Below, one piece after another: positions 22,467 through 31,360 of a DNA stretch of 64,000 bases. A program made the position numbers and the translations under genes. The notes under the pieces were generated by a model that had not been told where the DNA came from, made no database searches, and worked only from the letters and a program-made list of their open reading frames with translations. This DNA comes from an uncultured Chloroflexia bacterium. Lineage in GTDB: Bacteria; Chloroflexota; Anaerolineae; B4-G1; SLSP01. The DNA is taken from positions 352,001 through 416,000 of the forward strand of contig CAVVUS010000011.1 of NCBI GenBank assembly GCA_963751345.1, written 5' to 3'. Numbering within the stretch: the stretch's first letter is position 1; every line of letters begins with the position of its first letter.

Positions 22467-23522
22467 CTAACCTTCCCAGTTCTCCGGTCGCAGTGAGCGA
22501 ACGGCTGCCCCGGCGCGCCACATCTCCGACTCGCGCATAGCCTTGAGCTCTTCCTCCAGCCCCTCGCGGTAGTCGGGTGCGCTGTTGGCCTCGAGCACGA
22601 TGCGGGTTTCTTCGCCGGACATGACGCTCTCGTAGAGGTCGTCGAAGACGGGTGCGACAGCGTCGCGGAAGCGGGGGAGCCAATCAAGCGCGCCGCGCTG
22701 CGCCGTCGTGCTGCAGTTGGCGTACATCCAATCCATCCCGTTCTTGTCGACCAGGCGGATAAGGCTCTGCGTCAATTCCTCGACGGTCTCGTTGAAGGCC
22801 TCGCTGGGGGAGTGCCCGTGCTTGCGGAGGACGTTGTACTGGGCCTCCATGACGCCGGCAAGCGCGCCCATCAGCACGCCTCGCTCGCCCGTCAGATCGC
22901 TGTGGACCTCGTTCTCAAAGGTCGTCGGGAAGAGATAGCCCGACCCAATGGCGATCCCGAGCGCCAAGGTGCGTTCCTCGGCGCGTCCCGTGAAGTCCTG
23001 CTCGACCGCGAAGCTGCTGTTGATGCCGCTGCCGGCCAGGAAGTTGGCGCGGACGCTCGTGCCGGACCCCTTGGGGGCGACCATAATGACATCCACGTTG
23101 TCAGCCGGTACCACACCGGTCTGGTCCCGGTAGACAATGGAGAAGCCGTGCGAGAAGTACAGCGCATCGCCTGCGTGGAGATGGGGCTTGATCCGCGGCC
23201 AGGTCATCGTCTGCGCCGCGTCGGAGACCAGGAACTGCACGATCGTGCCGCGATCCGCGGCTTCCTCCAGGTCGAAGAGCGTCTTGCCCGGAACCCAACC
23301 GTCGGCCACGGCCTTGTCCCACGCTGCCTGATCGCCCTTCCACTGCCCGACAATGACGTTGATACCGTTGTCCCGCATATTGAGCGACTGCGCGGGACCC
23401 TGCACGCCGTAGCCCAGGACGGCCACGACCTCGTTCTTAAGCACCTCGCGTGCTTTCTCCAGGGGAAACTCGTCACGTGTGACGACGGTCTCAACCACAC
23501 CACCGAAGTTGATCTTTGCCAT
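22467..23522 (-). CDS. ilvC: Ketol-acid reductoisomerase
   Basis: GYGVQG, FSHGFS, VAPKGSG, SDLTGERGVLMG, NETVEE, CSTTAQRG. Confidence 0.95.
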   Translation of the reverse strand: MAKINFGGVVETVVTRDEFPLEKAREVLKNEVVAVLGYGVQGPAQSLNMRDNGINVIVGQWKGDQAAWDKAVADGWVPGKTLFDLEEAADRGTIVQFLVSDAAQTMTWPRIKPHLHAGDALYFSHGFSIVYRDQTGVVPADNVDVIMVAPKGSGTSVRANFLAGSGINSSFAVEQDFTGRAEERTLALGIAIGSGYLFPTTFENEVHSDLTGERGVLMGALAGVMEAQYNVLRKHGHSPSEAFNETVEELTQSLIRLVDKNGMDWMYANCSTTAQRGALDWLPRFRDAVAPVFDDLYESVMSGEETRIVLEANSAPDYREGLEEELKAMRESEMWRAGAAVRSLRPENWEG

Positions 23523-23590
23523 CTCTCTATCTCCTTTGTCTGCTAGTTTCGGATCTGATGAGGGCGCACGGCCCGGATTAGGCGCGCGGC

Positions 23591-24085
23591 CTAAGCCGCG
23601 ATATCGTTGCCGCCACGCACCATAGCGACGCGCCCGGTGCGCACCAGCTCCTCGATACCGTAGGGGCGCAGCACCTCAACCAGTCCGTTGATTTTGTCGT
23701 CCGTGCCGGTCACTTCGACCATCAGTGTCTTCAGTCCAACGTCGACCACGCGCGCGCGGAACGTCTCCACGATCTGCATGATCTCGGCGCGGGTTGACCC
23801 GTCGTCGGCGCGAACCTTGACCAGTGCCAGGTCGCGCATCACGGTGGGAACCTCGGTCACGTCCTCCACCTGGATGACGTTGACCAGTTTGTAGAGATTC
23901 TGGACCACCATCTCGACATCGGTACTGGCACTGTCGACGACGATGGTCATCCGGCTGACGCCGGGCCGTTCTGTGTGGCCGACGGCCAGGCTCTCAATGT
24001 TGAAGGCGCGTCGCCGGAATAGGCTGGACACTCGGTTGAGCACACCGGGTTTATCCTCCACCAGAGCGATCAACGTGTTTTGCAT
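23591..24085 (-). CDS. ilvN: Acetolactate synthase small subunit
   Basis: VEDKPGVLNRVSSLFRRRAFNIESLAVG, ELVRTG. Confidence 0.96.
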   Translation of the reverse strand: MQNTLIALVEDKPGVLNRVSSLFRRRAFNIESLAVGHTERPGVSRMTIVVDSASTDVEMVVQNLYKLVNVIQVEDVTEVPTVMRDLALVKVRADDGSTRAEIMQIVETFRARVVDVGLKTLMVEVTGTDDKINGLVEVLRPYGIEELVRTGRVAMVRGGNDIAA

Positions 24086-24116
24086 CTCATTCTCCTTTTG
24101 GCACTCGACTCGCTGG

Positions 24117-24148
24117 GACCTTTGGGGTTTTCCCAAACCCCAAAGGTC
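24117..24148. repeat. REP-like 14-bp hairpin
   Basis: GACCTTTGGGGTTT-TCCC-AAACCCCAAAGGTC. Confidence 0.75.
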
Positions 24149-24169
24149 TTTCCCGAAAGGCGCAACGCC

Positions 24170-25876
24170 TCAGACTTCATCGTCGGGATGGGGACGGCGG
24201 ATCATTTCGTTTAGCGCCGCACCCGAGGGCACCATCGGATAGACGTTTCCATCCTCTCCCTCTTCGGCGATCTGGAACTCGATAAAGGTCGGGCCGTCGT
24301 GCTCTCGCGCTTCGGCAATGGCCTTGCGGGCCTCGGTTCGGGTCGTGGCGCGCCAGGACGGGATGCCATAGGCCTCCACCAGTTTCACGAAGTCAGGGTT
24401 GATCAGCCTCGTGGACTCATAGCGCTTCTCGTAGAAGAACTCCTGCCACTGCCGGACCATGCCCAGGTAGTTGTTGTTGGAGAGCGCGATCTTGATCGGC
24501 AGATTTTCCTGGATCACGGTTCCCAGATCCTGCATCGTCATCTGGAATCCGCCGTCGCCGGCAATCGCCCAAACTTCGCGGTCCGGCTGGCCGAACTTGG
24601 CCCCGATGGCTGCCGGAAGGCCAAAGCCCATCGTGCCCAGCCCGCCTGACGTGACGACGGAGTAGGGGCGGTCGTTGAGATAGTATTGGGCGGCCCACAT
24701 CTGGTGCTGGCCCACGTCCGTCACGACGATGGCCTCGCCCTCCGTGGCTTCCCAGATGTCGTTGATGAAGTGCGCTGCAACGAGGTGCCCGTTCTCCGGA
24801 CGGTTCAGGATGTCCCTGCGGTGGCTCTCTCCGCGCCATTCTGCGATCGTGCTGATCCAACTGGCGTGTTTCGCCGGACGAAGCAGGGGCAGCAACTGAT
24901 CCAGTACCTGGCGTAGGTCGCCCAGAATCGGCACGTCGACCTTCACGATCTTGTTCAGTTCGGCGGCGTCGGCATCCACGTGGATGCGGTGCGCATTGGG
25001 CGAGTAGGTCGCCAGCGTGCCCGTGACCCGGTCGTCGAAGCGCATCCCGAAGGCCAGGATGAGATCGGCCTCCTGGATGGCCTGGTTCACATAGGCCTCG
25101 CCGTGCATCCCCATCATCCCCAGTGCGAGAGGATGCGACTCGGGGAACCCGCCCTTGCCCAGCAGGGTCAAGGCCACGGGGGTCTCCGTCTTCTCCACGA
25201 ACGCCATCAGTTCACTCATCGCCCCGGACATCAGGACGCCCTGGCCGGCGAGGATGACCGGACGCTCCGCCTGGTTGATCAGTTCTGCAGCACGCTGCAC
25301 CAGGTCGGACGCTCCTTTTCCAACCGGGTGATAGCCCGGCAGGTCGATGTCGCCCTCGGGTGCCTCGAATTCGGTCGCTGCGATCTGAACGTCTTTGGGA
25401 AGATCGATCAACACCGGCCCGGGACGACCGGTGCGCGCGATGTAGAAGGCCTCGCGGATCGTATAGGCCAGATCAGCGACGTCGGTGACGAGGTAGTTGT
25501 GCTTCGTGATGGGTAGGGTGATGCCCGTGATATCCGTCTCCTGGAAGGCGTCCGTGCCGATCAGATACGTCTGCACCTGTCCGGTGATACAGACGATCGG
25601 GGAGGAGTCCATGGCCGCCGTGGCGATGCCTGTGACCAGGTTGGTTGCACCGGGACCCGAGGTCGCGATGGCGACCCCGACCTTGCCCGATACTCGCGCG
25701 TACCCATCCGCCGCGTGTGCGGCACATTGCTCGTGTCGCATAAGGACGTGGTGAATGCCGTAGTCCTGGCGGGGATGGTAGGTATGCATGATAGCACCCC
25801 CCGGGATGCCGAAGACGACCTCGACCTCCTCACGTTTGAGCATCTCCCATACGATTTCCGCACCGGTTTTCTTCAT
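24170..25876 (-). CDS. ilvB: Acetolactate synthase large subunit
   Basis: RHEQ, TSGPGATN, DVGQHQMW, GDGGFQM, GMVRQWQ. Confidence 0.97.
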   Translation of the reverse strand: MKKTGAEIVWEMLKREEVEVVFGIPGGAIMHTYHPRQDYGIHHVLMRHEQCAAHAADGYARVSGKVGVAIATSGPGATNLVTGIATAAMDSSPIVCITGQVQTYLIGTDAFQETDITGITLPITKHNYLVTDVADLAYTIREAFYIARTGRPGPVLIDLPKDVQIAATEFEAPEGDIDLPGYHPVGKGASDLVQRAAELINQAERPVILAGQGVLMSGAMSELMAFVEKTETPVALTLLGKGGFPESHPLALGMMGMHGEAYVNQAIQEADLILAFGMRFDDRVTGTLATYSPNAHRIHVDADAAELNKIVKVDVPILGDLRQVLDQLLPLLRPAKHASWISTIAEWRGESHRRDILNRPENGHLVAAHFINDIWEATEGEAIVVTDVGQHQMWAAQYYLNDRPYSVVTSGGLGTMGFGLPAAIGAKFGQPDREVWAIAGDGGFQMTMQDLGTVIQENLPIKIALSNNNYLGMVRQWQEFFYEKRYESTRLINPDFVKLVEAYGIPSWRATTRTEARKAIAEAREHDGPTFIEFQIAEEGEDGNVYPMVPSGAALNEMIRRPHPDDEV

Positions 25877-25926
25877 TGTGCTCCTCCTCTTCCTGGCTGT
25901 GAACGTCGCAGCTCCGGCCGTCGGCC

Positions 25927-25953
25927 AACAAAAAAGCCGCCCTTTGGGCGGCT
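25927..25953 (-). terminator. Attenuator terminator 2 upstream of ilvB
   Basis: AGCCGCCC-AAA-GGGCGGCT followed by TTTTTGTT on the minus strand. Confidence 0.88.
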
Positions 25954-26010
25954 CTCCTTTGGCTTCTTCTGGCCTTCTCCTACCTTGGTCTCAGGCTCCT
26001 GCTTGCCAAT

Positions 26011-26169
26011 CTAACCGCCCACGCTCCCGCTCTTAAGCAGGAGCTCGACAATAACTAGGACGACAAGAATGAGCAGACCGAGAAGGTCCCGGCTGACATC
26101 GATCTCATTCAGTTGGGCAGCAACTGCAATGGCTTCTGCAGGCGCTGTAGATTGGTGAACGCGTGTCAT
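26011..26169 (-). CDS. ilv leader peptide, 52 aa
   Basis: MTRVHQSTAPAEAIAVAAQLNEIDVSRDLLGLLILVVLVIVELLLKSGSVGG*; Leu/Ile/Val run; GAAGAGG RBS; alternative pairings with the terminator. Confidence 0.82.
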   Translation of the reverse strand: MTRVHQSTAPAEAIAVAAQLNEIDVSRDLLGLLILVVLVIVELLLKSGSVGG

Positions 26170-26186
26170 CGAACTAGCCTCTTCAG

Positions 26187-26217
26187 ATAAAACTTGAGCC
26201 GCCCTGTTGGGCGGCTC
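26187..26217 (-). terminator. Attenuator hairpin 1 (weak U tract)
   Basis: GAGCCGCCC-AACA-GGGCGGCTC then AAGTTTTAT. Confidence 0.6.
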
Positions 26218-26263
26218 CGGTTCGCACTAGAATCCAGGTGCTGGCCTTGTCCTGCCCAAAGCG

Positions 26264-26336
26264 CTAGGCCTTGGCCCTAAGTGCTAGGACAAGTAGGTTG
26301 CGCAGCAGAACGATACGCGAGCTTTCCTGGATACAT
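26264..26336 (-). CDS. Putative Leu-rich leader peptide 1 (needs one base removed in the GGAAAG run)
   Basis: Frame ..SSRIVLLRNLLVLALRAKA* with two CTA codons; ATG 26336 is one base out of frame (span 73 nt). Confidence 0.55.
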
Positions 26337-26365
26337 AAGGCGTGGTCTCTCCCTGATTAACCGGG

Positions 26366-26394
26366 ATTATACAATACCCCCCGAAACCTGTCAA
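26366..26394 (-). promoter_or_regulatory. Consensus sigma70 promoter of the ilv/leu operon
   Basis: TTGACA (26394-26389), 17 nt, TATAAT (26371-26366). Confidence 0.88.
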
Positions 26395-26561
26395 GTATCA
26401 CTTGACACGCGATGCGCAAATTGCCCCGCCGCCGCAGGTTTGGCGCAGAGGGCACGTGCGACTTGCCCCGTGGCTAAGATGGGGTATGCTCGCTGGAGTT
26501 TCAGCCTGGTGGCTGCGAAAGCAGCCGACGAATCCCCCAAAACCAGCTAAGGAGAAGCGAG

Positions 26562-27813
26562 ATGACTGAGGAACTGAACCCGTTCGAGATCGCACAAAGG
26601 CAGCTTGATGAAGCTGCCGAGATCATGCAGTTGGAGCCGGCCCTGCACGAGCTGCTTCGCTGGCCACTTCGTGAGCTGCACGTGACGCTGCCGGTTCGCA
26701 TGGACGATGGAACATCCGAGATCTTCCACGGTTTCCGCGTGCAGTACAACGATTCGCGTGGGCCGACAAAGGGCGGTCTCCGCTTCCATCCCCACGAGAC
26801 GATCGACACGGTCCGCGCTTTGGCCGCCTGGATGACGTGGAAAACCGCGGTGATGGACATCCCTCTCGGGGGAGGCAAGGGCGGCGTCATCTGCAATCCC
26901 AAGGTGATGTCGCCGGGCGAGCTGGAGCGGCTGAGCCGCGCCTATATCCGGCAGGCCGGCCGAATCATGGGAGAGGATATGGACGTACCGGCGCCGGATG
27001 TATACACCACGCCCCAGATCATGGCGTGGATGATGGACGAGTACTCGTATATGCGCGGGTACAACGTGCCGGGCATGATCACAGGCAAGCCGTTGCCGCT
27101 AGGGGGATCGGCAGGGCGCGGTGATGCGACGGCACGCGGTGGGATGATCTGCATTCGCGAGGCGGCCAAGTTGCTGGGGATCAACACGGTCGGCGCGCGG
27201 ATGGCGATTCAGGGGTTCGGCAACGCCGGCCAATACGCAGCCACGCTTGGGCCCGAGATGCTCGGCGCAAGCGTCGTTGCCGTGTCCGACTCGCAGGGCG
27301 GCGTCTACAACTCCGCCGGGCTGGATCCGAACGCCCTGATCGCTCACAAGCAGGAGACCGGGTCGGTTGTCGGCTTCCCGGGGGCCGACAGTGTCACCAA
27401 CGCGGAGTTACTGGAGTTGGACGTTGAGATTCTGGCTCCCGGCCGCGCTGGAGAATCAGATCACGACCGAGAACGCATCGCGGATCAAGGCCAAGATCAG
27501 CGCGGAGCTGGCCAACGGGCCGACGACGCCGGATGCCGACGCTATCCTGCACGACAACGGCGTCTACGTGATCCCCGACTTCTTGTGCAATGCCGGTGGT
27601 GTGACGGTCTCGTACTTCGAGCAGGTGCAGAACGCCTACCGTTACTACTGGAAGGAAGCTTACGTTCACGAGCTTCTGGATGAGAAGATGACGACGGCCT
27701 TCACCACGGTGGCGCAGACCGCGGCGGACTACAAGATCAACAACCGCATGGCTGCCTACGTGGTCGCGGTCGGGCGCGTCGCAGAGGCCTGCAAGCTGCG
27801 AGGCTGGGTGTAG
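26562..27813 (+). CDS. gdhA: Glu/Leu/Phe/Val dehydrogenase (glutamate dehydrogenase type), frameshifted near 27440
   Basis: [51 protein letters not shown]. Confidence 0.9.
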
Positions 27814-27895
27814 GTCGGTCGAGTAACGACTTCGTCGTCCGGTATGCGAGCGCTTGCGTTGGAAGCGCGGCGTATGGGACGAGCGCTTGGTTGAG

Positions 27896-27924
27896 AAGGC
27901 GCCTGCGTATTTCGCAGGCGCCTT
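27896..27924. terminator. Hairpin between convergent genes
   Basis: AAGGCGCCTGCG-TATTT-CGCAGGCGCCTT. Confidence 0.65.
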
Positions 27925-27985
27925 GTCTATTCGGACGATGCTAACCTTCGCAAGGTTCAGGAGGCGTCAGACTTGCGAAGCTCAA

Positions 27986-30378
27986 TCACCCCCGCCCGCC
28001 CTGCGGCCTGGGATCCTTCAGATAGGCAACTGCCCGCTCCTGCTCGTCGTTCATGATGATATCCAGATAGCGGCCCCGGGTAACCGACGGCACGTCAATC
28101 ACCTGGATGTAGGAGCTGTAAGCGCTATCTCCGGGCAGGAGCTCCGACAAGCTGTTGGGCGCGCCATCGAGGAACGCGGTGTTGACCACCGCGCCATGGC
28201 TGCCCAGGGTGATGGGGAGCGGATAGATGCCGGCCTCGACGAGGTCCTGGAAGAAGTGGGTGCCGTAGGAGGGTTCAGCCTCTGTGCCGTCCGCCGCCGA
28301 GGAGACCTCGACGAGCACCCGCGTGTTGAAGATGTCGGCGTACGTCACCTTGACCCCCAGATCCACGTCAGAGCTTCCCCAACGTCCGGGCCCGATCAGG
28401 ATGAACGCATCTCCTGCCAGTGCCTGATTCAGCCGCCCGATGACGCGCGCGATCTCCAGCTTCGTATCGTAGTTCGGCGCGTGCTGATAGCGGTCGGGGC
28501 GGACGTGAACGATGTAGCGTACGTTCGAGACCGCGCCGTGGGGCACGAGCTCGGTGGTTTGCAGGATAAGGTCCGCCATGGGGATGGTTTCGGGAATGTC
28601 GACGGCTTGCCGCTGCTTGCGGCTGACCTGCGGCCTGCACTGCAGGAGATGAACCGTGTAACTCGTCCCTGACGCTCTCCTGGTTGATGTCGACCGCAAA
28701 CTCGATGTCCACCGGCCACTTGTGATAGCGCTCCAGCCTTTCCAGGATCGCCCGCATCAGCCCGATGAAGTTCCGATCCTTCACGAGCTGGTCGAAGGTC
28801 AACAGCAGGTTATCGTCCTCGTCTGCGAGGCACGCGGGCGATGATGGGCGCGATGTAGTCGCCCTTGTCGAGGGACGCCAGATAGCGCACGCCCGGATAG
28901 TCGGCCTTGATCACATCCTTGGCCGGCAGGGTGACCATCCGATCGTTCTTCAGGTCCAGCACGTCCATATAGCGCTGGGCATACTTGCGCAGCTTGATGG
29001 AGCCGACGTACGGGCGAAGCTCAGGGTGGCTCAACGCGACCATCCGGGGGAAGTCGTTGGCGACGCGATTCACGGCGCGCGTGCCGAATCCCACGACGAG
29101 TCGCAGGAAGCCGTCCTCCCGCTGGATCTTCGGGTTCCAGCGAAACGGATTGTGGCTGTATCCCACGCCGGCTACGGCAGGAAAGAGGTAGTCGCGATAC
29201 CGCGTGCCCTCGACCTTCTGGATGAGCACGGCCATGCGCTCATTGTAGTCCACCAGTCCCATCTGTTGGCGATAGAGGAGAGCATCAGGGCTGAAGATGC
29301 TCACGTAGACTCTGCTGACGGCCCTGAGCAGGTCGCGGAGATTCTGCTCCGGCGTGCCCTGGTTGGGGCAGAAGACGCTCTCGTATTTCCCTGCCAGTGC
29401 GGCGCCGAAGTGAACCTCCAGCAGGCTTGAGGAGCGCACGATCAGCGGGGCATCCCCCACCTCGTCCAGGAGCTTCTTGAGGCCCTGCACGATCTCGTCC
29501 GGGAAGTCAGCCGCCATATAGGCTTCGCGGATCTCGGGGTAGTCCGCCTTGATCTCGTCGCTGGTGCGGTACTTCTGGTTCATGTACGCGGTGAAGCCAT
29601 TCAGCATCAGGAACTCGTAGAAGACGTCCGCGCCGATAAAGTACGAGTCGGGGATCTGGACGTGGTGAAGCAGCTCATTCTCAGCGTGCTCGCCGCTCTC
29701 GGTCTTGTGGAGGATCTTCTGGGCCAGGAGCAGCCCGGCTGCCTTGCCGCCGATCTTGCCGCATCCGATGAGGTGCTTCCGCACCTCCAGGAGATCCTTG
29801 ATGGTAAAGACCTCCTTGGCGATGCCGACGAACTCCAATTGGTCGCTGAGCATTCCCTTAATCAACACGACGATGATCTCGCGCAGATGGTGTCTCACCG
29901 TGTCCAGTTGGTGCGGCGGCAGCGACTCGAACGCCTCGCCCTGGGCGAAGAGCAGATCCATGGGCGCCAGTTCCGGATTGAAGGAGAGCGTGAGGGGATG
30001 CGGCGCGTCGTGCGATGCCGATTCGGCCAAGGTGTCCTCGATGATCTCACTGAGCCGGTCGGGCGGGAAATTGTAGGCGAAATAGAAGTCGGTGAGCTGG
30101 TCGCGGATGACGGCCATGCGCGTGTTCCAGGTGGGTTCGGACTCCTGCCCGAAGGGGTCGGCAAGTCCCTCACGGTGCTGAGAGAGCACGGCCTTCTGCT
30201 TCACCTCGGTCTCAAAGGCTACGGCGGCGATGATGCCCTTGACGAACAGCTCGCGACGCATGCGCTCGCGGATCTTTGGCGCCAGGGTGGGATACTGGGC
30301 CAATCGGATCTGGATCCCGTAGGCCTCGTGCAGTTGCTCGTAGCTTCTGGTAATCGCGTCCGGACAATCCACGGCCAT
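27986..30378 (-). CDS. PEP/pyruvate-binding (PPDK_N) domain protein, two frameshifts (~28680, ~28830)
   Basis: IGGKAAGL, IVRSSSLLE, AGKYES, ERMAVLIQ, PVDIEFA, LLQCRP, GPGRWGS, PSYGTHFFQDL. Confidence 0.85.
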
Positions 30379-30497
30379 AGTGTCCTCCCCGGGGTCGGGG
30401 TGTGCTCTACTAGCTATTCTACCAGAACCTGGCGGATCGCGCACGGAGGAGACGGGTAACGGGTGTGCGCGGGCCGGCCAGGTGGCGAACGAGCGAA

Positions 30498-31358
30498 TCA
30501 GACCAGCACGATCAAGAGCGAGATCAGGAGGCAAGCCGCAAGCGCAGCGACGTCTGTCTTCTGAAATCGAAGCCGCACGAGCGATGTCCGTTCCCCATAG
30601 CTGCTGTATCCGCGCGCCTCCATCGCCACGGCCAGGTTCTCTGCCCGCTGCAGGCTGACCAGAAAGAGCGGGATCAGGATCGGGAGCGCCTGCCGCACCC
30701 TGCGAAGCGGGCCGGCCCTGCCCGTGCCCCATTCCGCCCCTCGCGAGGCCTGCGACTTGGCGATCCTCTCAGCCTCGCGCGCCAGCAGGGGCAGGAAGCG
30801 CAGCGCGACCTGGACCATCAGCACGAAGTCCTGTACCGGGAGCCCCACCTTGCGCAGCGGGCGCAGCAGGGACGCGAGGCCCTGCACGGTCTCGGTCGTC
30901 GAGGTGCATGCCGAGAACGTTGTGATGATCAGAATGAGCGCCGGGAAGCGCAGCACGAGCTTCGCGCCGTTGAGCAGGCTGACCATGGACACGTTGAACG
31001 GCCCCCAACTCCAGAGCGGCGCGGTGGATGCCTGCCCCTGTGACAGCAGCGTCCCTGCGCTCTGTCCGAAGCTGCCCGGACCCAGGACGATCTGCAGGAC
31101 GGCGAGAAAGAGGATGAACGGCAGCGGCGGCAGAAGCCCCTTGAGGGCGTAGGCCAGCGGCACCCGGGCGACGGCGGTCACGATCAGGAGGGCGGCTAAC
31201 GCGATGCCGAGGCCCGCCAGATGGGGGGAAACACTGGCAGCGATGACGAGCATGAGGGCACCGACGACGCGCGTGCGCGGATCGAGGTGGTGGATGGCCG
31301 AGTCTGACGGAATGTACTGGCCGATGGTGATGTAGCGCTGGAACTCGAACTCTTCCAT
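30498..31358 (-). CDS. ecfT: ECF transporter T component
   Basis: HHLDPR, ALRFLP, SQASRG, AMEARGY. Confidence 0.92.
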   Translation of the reverse strand: MEEFEFQRYITIGQYIPSDSAIHHLDPRTRVVGALMLVIAASVSPHLAGLGIALAALLIVTAVARVPLAYALKGLLPPLPFILFLAVLQIVLGPGSFGQSAGTLLSQGQASTAPLWSWGPFNVSMVSLLNGAKLVLRFPALILIITTFSACTSTTETVQGLASLLRPLRKVGLPVQDFVLMVQVALRFLPLLAREAERIAKSQASRGAEWGTGRAGPLRRVRQALPILIPLFLVSLQRAENLAVAMEARGYSSYGERTSLVRLRFQKTDVAALAACLLISLLIVLV

Positions 31359-31360
31359 GG

